Positions 32,903 to 45,200 of a stretch of DNA of 64,000 bases are shown piece after piece. Each line of letters begins with the position of its first letter. The stretch's first letter is position 1. The stretch lies in assembly GCF_024521635.1 (NCBI RefSeq), contig NW_026250404.1, positions 1,612,001 to 1,676,000 on the forward strand, written 5' to 3'. The notes below the pieces were generated by a model. It saw only the letters and a program-made list of their open reading frames with translations, searched no databases and was not told where the DNA came from. The translations under genes and the position numbers were made by a program. Origin of the DNA: Tricharina praecox (lineage: Eukaryota).

Positions 32903-35472
32903 TGCGGCGACGGACGGCGAGCTGGTGGCGGTGATGGAGCGGGACCGCGGGGAGAGATCTCGATTGTGAGTTTACAGTGCGGGGAGCTACATATTTACAC
33001 ACATACAGAGGTATCCATTACGTAGGAACGGAGTAGGGCTGCAGGTCGGGAATCGGTAAAATATGGGCCGAGATCCGGGGGTGCAGTGTGAGGGTGGGTT
33101 GTCCTCTACGGTACTAGGCCCGCGGACTGCGGCGAAGGCTGGAGCTCACTCCGGGTGGAAGCACAAGCGGACGGCGGGCGGCGGGCTTTGGTATGCACGT
33201 GGTACATAATGGCGAATAGCAAAGCATCGGGAGTAGCGAGTGATATTCCATAAGCGCTGCCTACCACGACGCCAGACTAGACATGCAAACTGAAACTTTT
33301 CGTTCCGTGCAAGCGCCGAGAAAGGGCCTTGACTGATTACTATGCTCTAGTCTATGCTGGACTGTCACTGGACTGGAATCTGTACCGCCGAACTTGTAGG
33401 CTAACAGGTAGGTCGCTTCACTGGTGTGTGTGCTGGTAACTACTGGTTAGCTAGTAGGGATGGCAAATAAACCAGCTCGAGCCGATATGTATGTAGATAC
33501 ATGTGAATTGCAGCCGAGTTCTACCGTAGTTGCGCCAAGTACGGTATGTGTCTAGGTAGATGGATGGGATGGAGACGAGTTCTAACTCTTTGGTGGACCA
33601 GGTTTGGGCTCTGCTTGGTATTCGAGCAAGTACCTAGCACCATCGGGACAGACTTCACAATCGGCCCACAATCGGCCCAGATGACATCCGTGGATGGGGT
33701 TTTTACTCTACGAGTATTCCTATGTATGTATGTCCTTCAAGCCCTCAAGGAGACGCTGGACTTCAGTGTTTGTGCGGGGGCGTCTCCTAATATTCTAGCT
33801 AGTCCTCACGGGTGAGAAACGACTATTATGGTAGGTAGCTGACGGAGAAGAGGCTGCCGTCGAGAGCTGAGATGGTCCAATTGTGTGGAATGTGTTGACA
33901 TGTGGGAGGAGGAATGAGTGGTTGCCATTCGTCGTGAGGATGGAACTTCGATGAAGATCACGATAGGTATATCGCCACTATGCTATTCTATTCCAACCAA
34001 AAGCAACGTGCGGAATGGTGGTACGGGTAGTTACAGATCTGATTAAGATCAACACGACGCTGACGAGCCTGACCGAGATCGACACAACTCTGACAGAGCT
34101 CGAGGAGACAAGCTCGTAAAAATGGACTGGACATAAACAAAGCTACGCCTCATGTCTTTGACTAGAAGTTGGCAAAATTGTGACGTCTATCGGATTCAAA
34201 AGTTTTATTTGGAATACCTACGGTACTTAACTACTCCTGTACTACCGTAGTTGGTGGAGTAGGCTCTGCACCGGAGCCGGAAAAGTATCCCGGACCATAC
34301 CCGGAGCCTACAGGCAGACCGTTACGAATTCCGAGACCAAGGGCCAAAATTAACGAACCTGCCTTACAGCTCGGTAGTTAGTGCTCACCGGTGAGTACTT
34401 TAATTATTTAGGGGGGGGGCGGCGCTTTTGCGTTGCAGCAGGGCCGTTGAGAACATGGAGAATATCGCGAGTGTAAAGACATCGCACGAAAGACGTGATT
34501 CGGAGAGCAACAACTCGACAATAAAAAACATTATTGGAGATTGGAGAACGCAGTTCCTTTTCTCCCTGTTTTCGGCGTGAGCTCTCCCGTCATATTGGGG
34601 GTTTCTTGTACGATTCTCTCTCTGTTGTACCGAAAAGCGAAGGTGGGTTTTAAGGAGACTTCCGCACAGAGCCGTCAGTTATATTACCATGGGATTTGCG
34701 GAAAAGGTAGGTACATATCAAAAACCAAATCTACCTTTTCACCACAGATTTAGTTAATGCTGCTATGGGAAGAATCCCATTCTCTAGGGGATCGGCTTAA
34801 TTGAGAAGCTATGGGGAATAATTTGTGATGTTGAGCACCTATGCTGTTCATGAAGTGGAAGAAGGACAAGTCGCATACCAATAGTTAGTACAAGCCATTG
34901 CATAGAGTAGAGTGGTTGAGCCACAGTTATTGCTCTAAAGGGAATGGTGCGGTCTTAACCTGCTGCAACGTAGAAAGCGCTCCGTTTATTTAGAGCTATG
35001 CCTACACACCAATAATCCTGCACTACCCACATAACCGTCTCATCACCGTCCTGACGCATGGGCGGTTATGTTGACTTCGAGACAAGATCGCTGCGGGGGC
35101 GAACACGATGCTTGCTCTACTAATCAATCCCAAACCACCATCCCGATTGTGTCCACACTATCCGTAGGCCCTCACTGCAGATATCCCCCCCGGGCGTTAC
35201 CATATTGCTGGGATTTGCAGTTATTCCTACCTTTGTTGGCCCTGGCGGTCTGGTTAGTGATGTGTACATATGGGCCTAGCGATACGAGGTTGGAAGCGAT
35301 GGGATGGGATGGGACAGGATGGGTGCCTATATCGGCACAGTTAACCCGTTGACCGTCCACTGTTGTGCCTTTCTTCCTGTTACCCCCCTTCCTACACCCC
35401 TTCCGCCCATTATTCCACGTTTTGTTCTGGGAACCCATAACTTGTCGGCGGTCCTACAGCTTTCACGCGACC

Positions 35473-37742
35473 ATGTTACGGCTACTCCTCGGTCCTGCGA
35501 TGGCGGCTGCGATGGTGATGGGTGCGGCCACGGGCAGAAGGAACGCGGACGGTGGGGTGCTGAAGCCGAGGGGATACGAGAATAACGATCCGAAAACCGA
35601 CATGTGCGAGATCGGATTCCATGCGAGTACGTCCCCAACTTCTTACCATGGTCCGAGGAAGTGAAGCAGAGGAGGAGGAAGAGGAAGAGGAAGAGGAAGA
35701 CTAACATCTTTGAAGGCGCTGTGCTGGACAATAAACTGTGGATACATGGAGGATATGTTGGCTACGACAATGGAACGCAGACGGCTGCGCCGAGTATGTT
35801 ATATCGCTCCCTCGGGCAGTCGGAACACGTCGGTCACTCTCATTGCTTGTATATTGATTACGATGGGATGGCATAGATAACTACCTTCGAGAGATAGACA
35901 TCACCAAGAAGTTCAAAGTGGCCTCGAGAGACGAGGCGCCTGTCAAGTTCCTTTTGCAGCGCGACGAGCTGCCGGAGATATCTGCGGCGGTGCTATGGGG
36001 CTATGGCAATTCTCTGCTAGAGCTTGTGGGCCAGTCGGAAGAGGCAGATAAGGTATTTAGGAATAAACAGATCCAGAAAATGGCCGGCCAGCCGGCCGGA
36101 CGGACGGACAGCTCCAGCTGACGGGATGATAGAATTTCCCCGGCTGGAACGCGCCCACAGATGATACAATGTGGGAATACGACCTTCCGAGCGCCGTGTG
36201 GTCGTCTAAAGATATCAAATCCCCAGGCGTAAAAACGACCTGGCATCCCCTAGACGTTAATGTCCCATCACTCGGGAAGGGGTTTTACCTGGGAAATGAT
36301 GCGATGAGCAGCTACAACTGGGCGGATGATACTTGGATCAACGCCTCTACGCCGTGGTCCGAGCGGGATTGGGGGAGGATGGTACATCTGCCAATCGGGG
36401 ACCGCGGACTGCTGGTAACCATCGGCGGCAAGACCAGTGGCGGCAACACACCAGACGGGGTAAACACCAAACGATATTCGTCTTGATCACAAGCATAGTC
36501 CGCTGACGGCTGATGGCAGAACTTGTTTTCAAACATCGACATCTTCAACCTCAACGAAGCCGGCACCCAGAACTCGCCCGAAGGCGTTTGGGCGTCGACG
36601 CAGACTGCAACCGCCGCAAATTCCACGATCGGCCTACCCGTACCTCGCACGGGAGCCTGCAACTGGGTCGTGGCCGCCCCGGATAACTCCACCTTCCAGA
36701 TCTTCATGTACAGCGGAGCGCGGATCGACGGCTCGTACAAAATATTGCGTGATCTCTGGGTGCTCTCGATACCCTCGTTCCAGTGGATCCAGATCGATGA
36801 TGGAACAGTGGGGCCCAGGGAACCCGACACGACACACCCGCTGGGACGCGAGGGCCACACGTGCAACCTTATCGAGAACAGCATGATGATCATGTTCGGT
36901 GGGCGTGAGCTGCCGAATTTTAGCCGCCCCTGTGAGACAACCGCCATCTACGCGTACGATCTGAACAAGCTGTCTTGGGTCGAGACCTTTGATCCAGAGG
37001 TGGCTGCGCAGCCATATAACGTCTCGAAGGCTGTATACAGCGTTATTGGCGGGGAGTAAGTCACCAAATGCCCCTATCTGATTTTCTTGTTTTGACGACA
37101 GTTGCTAACACTCTCGCCAGTGCTCTGGGATCCGGATCATCATCGCAGATGGCAAAGATCAACGACCCCTCCCTACAGACCGCATTCGAGAAGCACCTTG
37201 CCACAGCCGTCAAAACTCCCGACGAGATCGCCGCTTCAAACCCGAGCGGAACCGGCAGCAGCAGCAGCGGTACCGGTAGCAACAATAGTGATAGCTCCAG
37301 CAGTTCAAACACCGCGCCGATTGTCGGCGGAGTGATTGGTGGCGTAGTAGCCGTGGCCGGAATCGTCACGGCGGTACTCTTGTTCCGGAGACGCAGCAGG
37401 AAGGCAAAGGAGCAGTACAGTACTGTTAGCACCCCTAGCCCTAGGTCCGCGGGCGCCGTGGGGCTGGCGGAAATGCCATCTAATGAATCAAAGGACAATA
37501 GGAATCTTTACACCACGGACTATGATGGTCGGTGCCCCGAATATTCAATCTCTTAGACGTATACACGACGGTTTCTAACACCTTTAATACGTGTAGGTGC
37601 CCAGCAATATCAGCAACAAATGATACACCAGCAATACCAACCAACGCACTCACAGCGAGCGCCATCACCGCCCGTAGAGCTACCAACAGAGCAATCGCGG
37701 CCAACAGAGCTCCCAGTAGAGCAACCATATAATCACCGATAG
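35473..37742 (+). CDS. Signal peptide + Kelch beta-propeller + single TM cell-surface protein; ~7 exons
   Basis: Kelch-type motifs LWIHGG, LLVTIGG, IFMYSG, DLWVLSIPSFQW and GHTC..MIMFGG. Ser-rich linker, TM IVGGVIGGVVAVAGIVTAVLLF followed by RRRSRK, and a tail with PVELP/PTELP. Confidence 0.8.
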
Positions 37743-38458
37743 AGCACGCGGGCATCTTTTGTTTCACATATCGGGTTCGCGAAGGGAAGGGTGAAGTTGT
37801 AGGCCTCCGGAACGGTCGTAGTACAATAGTTACCATTCATTGTAGAAATTACCTAATGCTTATAGTTGGAGTATGTGTTTATTTCCTGTTTCTGGGAGAT
37901 ATCTGGAGTTTTGTATATTAGGGCATACCGGCGATGCTTGGGAGCGCGAGCGGGAGAGGGAGACGTCGGGAAATCACGTTCAATCGAAAGTCTTCCATCC
38001 ATCCATTAGAACAGGCGACGAGCGGAAGCTACATACGAACGAGCATGTAAAGCTGCAGAATAAATTAGCGATGTCCAAACCATGAGGTAAGACGCGGAGA
38101 GCCCACTTCGAAACCGACCGACCTAAGATCGGACCGGCGTCCTGGATGGGTGTGGCGTCGTGATGTCTGTCACTCGTCTTGCGAGTTGGCGAGTAAACCC
38201 CAATCATGGCATCTGCAGAGTGCTTCCGGTGGGCGGAAATGACAGGCCCATTCCGACGACTCGGTCCATCCATGACGGGACTGGAGATCGACTTGTTGGA
38301 GGTTCGATCTGCAGGATCTTTCTTCTTTCTTTCGGAACCTTGGTTATATTTGAAAAAATGAAAATGAAAAATCTACAATACGCTGCTACATACAATACGA
38401 AAAAGATAAACTGATAAACGCGAACTCCCGCTCCCCCTCTAAAGTAACAAAAACATTT

Positions 38459-40009
38459 TCAAGCATGAAAGCAATCTACCATCTCCTTCCACCGCCTGGG
38501 CATTCTATCGTCATACGCCTTCTTCCTGTGCGTCTTCGATCGCGGCGTCTCGATGTGTCGCAATTCGCCCTTGAACACATCCTTCCAGGCCTCCTCGCCA
38601 AGCGGGCCATCGGAGCCCGGCAAGAGGACTCGATAATCAGTTGTGAACTTCCGCAGCGCTGGAAACTCGCCGATGGAATCCCGGATCTTGATGGCATCGG
38701 CCGGGCGGATTTGATATCCGTGGGAGGAATCGAGCCGGAGGTCCTCCAGCAGCTTGTGGGTCTCAGGACTGGACTTTAGCGCTTCGAAGACGTCTAACGG
38801 TTTGGCTTTGGAGCAGTAATTCTCGTGCGAGTAGCGGAAGGACCGCAGGCCACTGGCGGCGGCGTGCGGCAGGAACGAGGTCAGCCAGGCGCCGTCGATG
38901 CGGCAGTCGATGAATTCGAGAGTGTCCAGACATCGCGTCTGGCCCTTCCAAGCTCGGGACTCCATCTGCTCGGCGGTCCAGTACCACCAGGGCTCCCCCT
39001 CGCCTGGGTATTTTATGCCCGAATACTCCCGCCGCCGGATACCGGGGGAATAGAATCCACCCGCGACGAGGTTCCGCAGCTTTGGAGCTGCCAGGAGTAG
39101 CAGTATGAGAAAGTTGCAGTCCCAGTGCTTGTCGCGGTCGCGGCCCTGGCCGCGGCCCCAGTAAGAGGTGTTGTCCGGGTCCAAGGGGGGGATGGAGGCT
39201 TCAAAGGATGCGGACGGGGCGATGGCAAGGTTGACGAGACAGGGCCAGAGCGGCATGTTCATGGCCTCCCAAGCCACCGGGCCAGCCCTCATCAGGGGCT
39301 GGATGTGCAGTCCCGCGATGGTGAGAGATCTCAGCCACGGGAGCTGTCGCAGCCACAGCCCCGAGGTCGGTTCTTCCAGGAATTTTTCGGCGTTGCGAAG
39401 CCGCCACTCCACCGCGTCTTGACATACGTCGTGCGGATAACCCTCGCGCTCCCTGATGACGGGCGGAACTTCTATACGGACATCATACTTCAGGCAATGG
39501 TTCTGGGGAAGATCTTTGGTGATCTCGTCCAGGAATTCCATATCTTCCTGGAACTGCTTGATGACTGTCTCATAGGCTAGTGTGTATGGTCTTATCTCGA
39601 AGGGGAGTTCGAGATAGCAGTCGAACATCTGACAGTAGCCACCGAGAAAGAAGTCTGGCATCAGATAGGGCATAGTATAGGCGGATTCGCTGAGATGTAC
39701 GTTCTCGATGAGACGTACGAACTCCGGCTGCTGTGGAAGAAGCCGAAGATATTTCCGCACGGTGAAGTTGTAGAAAGGGCGGTACGTGTAGCTGAACGTA
39801 TAAGGCCCATCCCACACAGGCGGGCACTCGCGAACCGCTGAGAAGTTTCGGAAGACAAACTTTCCAACTTCCGCCAGGCGGCGATTAGTGAGGCGAAAGG
39901 CGGTAATAGGGTGTTGGAATCGTCGGTATGGGTAGTCGCGGGGGAGGTAGGTGAGCTCATCCGCTATGGTGCGAAGGAGCTCATTTGGCAAATCGAGTAA
40001 TTGAGGCAT
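38459..40009 (-). CDS. F-box protein with LRR-like C-terminal region; intronless
   Basis: MPQLLDLPNELLRTIADEL...AFRLTNRRLAEVG F-box, then spaced LRR-like motifs (LPWLRSLTI, APKLRNLV, LDTLEF, LEDLRL, FPALRKF). The ORF is also open further upstream. Confidence 0.7.
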   Translation of the reverse strand: MPQLLDLPNELLRTIADELTYLPRDYPYRRFQHPITAFRLTNRRLAEVGKFVFRNFSAVRECPPVWDGPYTFSYTYRPFYNFTVRKYLRLLPQQPEFVRLIENVHLSESAYTMPYLMPDFFLGGYCQMFDCYLELPFEIRPYTLAYETVIKQFQEDMEFLDEITKDLPQNHCLKYDVRIEVPPVIREREGYPHDVCQDAVEWRLRNAEKFLEEPTSGLWLRQLPWLRSLTIAGLHIQPLMRAGPVAWEAMNMPLWPCLVNLAIAPSASFEASIPPLDPDNTSYWGRGQGRDRDKHWDCNFLILLLLAAPKLRNLVAGGFYSPGIRRREYSGIKYPGEGEPWWYWTAEQMESRAWKGQTRCLDTLEFIDCRIDGAWLTSFLPHAAASGLRSFRYSHENYCSKAKPLDVFEALKSSPETHKLLEDLRLDSSHGYQIRPADAIKIRDSIGEFPALRKFTTDYRVLLPGSDGPLGEEAWKDVFKGELRHIETPRSKTHRKKAYDDRMPRRWKEMVDCFHA

Positions 40010-41075
40010 CGTGATGGTTTTTCTGGGATTGGGCGGACGGGTGTGTCGATCATTATCGCGGGCATATCGTGAGGGAAGTTTTGGTATGATGGGAATACTT
40101 GTAGATGGGGGAATTCTCTTGTAAAGAGAAGAATACATAGATGATTGGACGACGGTCCTCGGTGAGTGACTCATAATGCGCCGCGGGCAGGTAAGGCTCT
40201 AGTGCCCGCACACTCAGCCTCGAACTCAATTCCCAGTCTAGTATAGTACGCCGGCAGTGAAAGTTGATATAAGACAGAGAAGCGGATGTTTGGTTATGTA
40301 GGAGGGTTCGGAGCCGATGTTAACTCGACTGCTGAACAACGCAGCAATGGACTACTAGCGTGCATGACACAAGCGGCAGCCAAGCGGAAGATGGCCGCCT
40401 GAACGTAGGTATTATTTTCGAGCATTAACTCCACACAGGCTTTGTGCTCGTGCTCCACGAAAGCTCTCGTAGTGCTGATCGTTGAAGACAGCGGCTGAGG
40501 TTTGTGTATTGACGAATCTACCTTAGCTTACGGCGGAGCTAGTGGCGGCGACTTCGCCCGGCACAGCCACATATCTAGATATCTACAGTGCAGATACCGT
40601 ACATTAGATGGTTGGTTAGTGTAGTCGTTAGGCAGCCGCCTAGGCGGATCCAACATACAACCTGCTACTGGTACTTACCGGATGTGCTCCTCTGTGCTGC
40701 TGTTGTGCAGAGTCACGATCACACATGAACCTCATTCTCACTCTTAAATCCACTGTCTTTATTGGCGGGAACAGGGACGCCAGTCAGGCCGCACAAGGCA
40801 CGCAACTAAGGAAAGGCGGGGTGGGGGAGAGAGAGGAGCGGGCACGTACATAAGCCTAATATCAGTCATTATCGGTGCATCTAGCCATCACTCCTGAGTC
40901 ATCGACTTTGGTATGTAGAGGCGCCGCAATGGACAAACAAAGACTCCACAGTGTGCACAAGGAGAAACCGTCTCAATTATGTAGTTGCTATGGACCTACC
41001 GGTATCGCCCCAATTGCAGACCATCCCACTTGCCTGGCGCGCGGCACACTGATTAAGATCCAGTAACACGCAAGG

Positions 41076-43309
41076 CTAATTCACGCCCTCACCGCGGAAG
41101 ACGCGCCTGAACTGCTTGGAAATCTCCTCCCTCTTCTTGTACGCAGCGACGATTTCAGCCTCATCCTCGGCGATCATTGAAACCCATCCCGTGGGGTCCC
41201 GCTGCGGGTGGTTCTTGGCAGTCCTGATGCTCCAGGGCTCGTCGTCGTCCTCCGCGGCTCCGTCCGTTTCCCATTTCATGATACGCGGCCTCGGCGTCAT
41301 GACCGGTTGTTTGCGGGCATGACGCGGGGTTCTGGCTTGAAGTCCTGGAGAGGATGCGGGGATGGAGGTGCCCGCTGATATGTCAACCTGGGCTACCTTG
41401 TTCGGCTGCTGTACGTTCTCCTCCGGGCAGGGGTTTCCAGGAGTGAAGTTGAGAGTCTGCTGCTGGTTGGTTCCATTGATTGAACCAATGTTCTGCACAT
41501 CCGTTTTTATAGGGCTAACAGTAGTAGTAGCGGTCGACGGTGTGTTAATTTCTCCGGCAATGGAGCTAGTGGTCATTGAAGAAGTGTTGTTTCCCACTCC
41601 TTCAATTGTGGCTTGTAAATTCTGAGTGACGAGAATATCAAACAAAGGGGAAATGGCTTTTCCGGACTCTGCTTCAACCTGATCACCCGGTTGGACGTCG
41701 CCGACAATCTCCCCCACGGTGGAAGTCTTGGAAATATCCTCTCTGTTCTCGAGAATCTCCGTGTAGTCAACGTTCTGTCCATGATGGCCAGAACCAATCC
41801 CTGGTTCCTCCACACCCTTCTCATTCTTATACGCCCCTTTATCGTCAGGTCGGAATTCTTCAGAATTTTCTTCCATGATGGAAGTTTCAAGAATATCCCC
41901 TCCGTTCTCGAGAGTCTCTATGTGTTGTTGGTCATCGTTCTGTCCATGCTGGCCAGAACTAACCTCCGGGTTTTCCCCATCCTTTGCATCCTTTCCGTTC
42001 TTATATGCCGCTTTATCGTCACGTGACTCAGACCGAACATCTCCAGAATTTTCTTCCATGATAGAAGCCTCAGGAACGTCTTCTGCATTCCCCGAAAGCT
42101 CCATATTGTGCTTATTCTTTCCACGAGACTTGTGCTCGATATCCAGTTCTTCCACGTCGTTCTTGTTCTTGTTCTCAGTACCCATAGTCATATCAACCTC
42201 CAACTGGCCCTCGTGATGAATCTTCTCGACGACTGAAGTCTCGACGATACCGGCCTCTTCTTCTTTGCCCGGCAACTCCTCGTCGCCACCACAATTTCCC
42301 GAGGAAGTACCATGAGTTTTCACCTCCACGTTTCCCTCTAGGCCAGTCGCACCTTTGAAATCATCCAGAAGAAGTTCCAGCCTAGCATCCAGCAGCTTAT
42401 CTACCCGTTCCTCCTCCCGGGTCGGTATATACGTTCCCTTTGGCGACACTTTTGCACAACTTCCGACGAGCTCCCAGACCTCCAAGCCGGAGGAGGAGGA
42501 GGAGTCCGCAGGGCTGGGAGTCCTGCTCTGATCACTGCTCTTCGAGGCTTCAGCTGGCGCTTCTCCGCCCGCTGGTCCGAGGCCCGTTTCTGGGATTTTG
42601 ATTTTGGTTTTGTTTTCTTCTGGATGACCGGAGCCGGAGCCGGCAGAGTGGCGCATGGCGTTCCATTCCTGCAATGAAGCGTGGAAATTGAGGTTGGAGA
42701 ATGGGGGGGTGTTGGCGGTGAGAGTGTCGGTTTTTATCTTCTTCACCTTTCCCGACGACGAATCATCGTCATTTCCAGCGCCACTCCGGTGAGACCCAAC
42801 CGACTCCGGGGAGCTGCTGTCACCACCACCGCTCAGCACTCTAGACGGCAAACTCGTCGGCCGCCACTTTGCCAGCGGTGATTCCAGGAACTTATAGCTG
42901 CTCCGCCGCTGGATCACGTCGGGTCGGCTGGCGTAGATGGAGTTGGGAGAGGCCGTGTCTTCCTCTGGAGAAAGAGGAAGAGGGGCCGAGTGGGGGCCGG
43001 CAGGTGCAGCCGGAGTTCCGATCAGGTCCAGTAGTTCTGTGGATATCGAGTCAGTACACTCATACGGTTGAGGTGAGGCTAAATGTGATACATACCGTTT
43101 TCTTTGGCAACGGCCACATACTCTTTCTCCTCGCCCTCGTCCTTGTCCTCGTCCTTATCTGATTTCTCGTCCGAGGGGATCTGCGGAATACTCCGCAGCT
43201 GCAGGTCATCATCGACGACTGTGACTGACCTTCTCGAGCTGGACCGTGGACGAAATCCGGAAAAGCTGAGAGGTCGGGCCCAACTCCATCGCTTTGGGGG
43301 GTCGGACAT
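41076..43309 (-). CDS. Hypothetical acidic, low-complexity protein with internal degenerate repeats; 1 intron
   Basis: MSDPPKRWSWARP exon, GTATGT...CTGAC...CAG intron, then in-frame with the 613-codon ORF. No recognisable domain. Confidence 0.6.
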
Positions 43310-44050
43310 GGTTTGAGCTTTGTGGATGTGTGTACGGAAGGACGATGTAGAGAAGAGATCGATGGAGGAAAGAGGACAATGGAGAGAAGAGTATAATCGA
43401 GGATGATATGGAAAATGAGAAGAAAAGGCTAGAAGGTCCATGGACGATCTACTATGTGTGGATATCTTACTCACAGCTCATAACTCACAGCTCACAGCAG
43501 CAGTACCTAATGGTGTAGATGTAGATTGTGCGTACGATCGAGGAGCCCTCACTCATAGCCAGCAGTGTACCAAGATGTTAGTCCTCCGGGTAAGGGCGGT
43601 CCTGTTGCCTGCGATATCACTCGCCCGTGTCGATCCGGACCATTTTCCCACGGATGGATCTCCCGAACCCTCGCGTCTATCTGTACCAGGCTACCAGCCG
43701 TTAGCACTCTATTTACATATCAGTAGTTATCGGCGCTTCCTCCCGGCGGCGTACGCATCCGGCCGTGCTCTTAGTGCCAGGTACTCACATAACCCCGCCG
43801 ATCACCACGGCCTCCCGCTCGAGCGCCGGCCTAACTATGACGCAATCGTCACCGTATGTTTATGTAGATCCGTGACAGCAGCATTACGCCAGCGCTTTTG
43901 CCGCGTTGGGATATAAACACCAGTTGTACCGACCAGTACTCACTGCTGCTCCTACATACCGATTGACTACCATACTCGATAACTACACCCGCGCAACCAC
44001 TACCAACACCGATAGAAAACGATACAGAAAGATACAGAAAAATAACCAGC

Positions 44051-45200
44051 ATGCCGAATAACACTTCCAAGGAGGAGATGAAGCTCAATGAGGAGAAGCT
44101 GAAGAACTACGAGCCGTCGCAGTTTAAGAAGGGTATGTGTGTCTGTCTGTTTGTTTACCTGCACCACCTCAGTGATCGTGCTCGTTCTCGTGTAATCCCT
44201 AGCTGAGCCCTCTAGGACACGAGCCACCGATCCAGCACGACACCGCGCCGGGGCTGGAGAAGGACATGAACCCTCGTCCAGTATACAACAAGCTCCCCAC
44301 AGCGGACGGGGGCTACGAGCTATACAAAGCGGCCGGCAAGCTGGCGGGGAAGAAGGCATTGATCACGGGGGGCGACAGCGGGATCGGGCGAGCGATCGCG
44401 GTGCTGTTCGCGATGGAGGGGGCGGACAGCGCGATCACGTATCTGCCGCAGGAGATTGAGGACGCGCAGGAGACGAAGAAGCTCGTGGAGGGGTGTGGTG
44501 CGAAGTGCTTCCTGTTCGAGGCCGATATTAGCACGGCCCAGGCCTGCAGGAAGCTCGTCGATGATGTCCTCAAGCAAATGGGCAGGGTTAATGTCCTCGT
44601 CAATAATGCGGCGTATCAGATGGAGGTCGAGAGTATTACCGACTTGTCGGAGGAGCAGTGGGATTATACGTTCAAGACCAATGTTTACTCGTTCTTCTGG
44701 ATCAGCAAGTACATGTGGGTTTTCCTGAGCGCCTGGGGGGTGGGGGAGCGTCAACGAGCTGATGGAAATAGCGTCCCGCAGCTGAAGTCCGGCGACACGA
44801 TCATCAACAACGCGTCGATAAACCACTACATCGGCAAGCCGAACCTGCTGGATTACTCGTCGACCAAGGGCGCCATCGTCGCCTTCACCAGGGCGCTGTC
44901 CAACCAGCTCTGTGGAAAGGGAATCCGTGTAAACTGTGTTGCCCCTGGACCGGTGAGTAGCTTCCTTCGCAGCCACCAATATCATGTTGAGAGATCTGAC
45001 GGTGGGCGCAGGTGTGGACTCCACTGGTGATATCGACCATGACCACGGAGGATCTGGATTCGTTCGGAAGCACACCTATGGGCAGGCCGGGACAGCCGAG
45101 TGAGATTGCTACGTGCTTTGTGTTCCTTGCCAGTTCGGACTCGAGCATGATCTCCGGCCAGACGTTGCATCCCAATGGAGGAAGCATCATCAACGGTTAG
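44051..45200 (+). CDS. Short-chain dehydrogenase/reductase (general-stress-protein-39/YghA-like); 3 introns
   Basis: ALITGGDSGIGRAIA, LVNNAA, catalytic YSSTK, IRVNCVAPGPVWTPL, PMGRPGQPSEIA and GQTLHPNGG. Confidence 0.9.
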
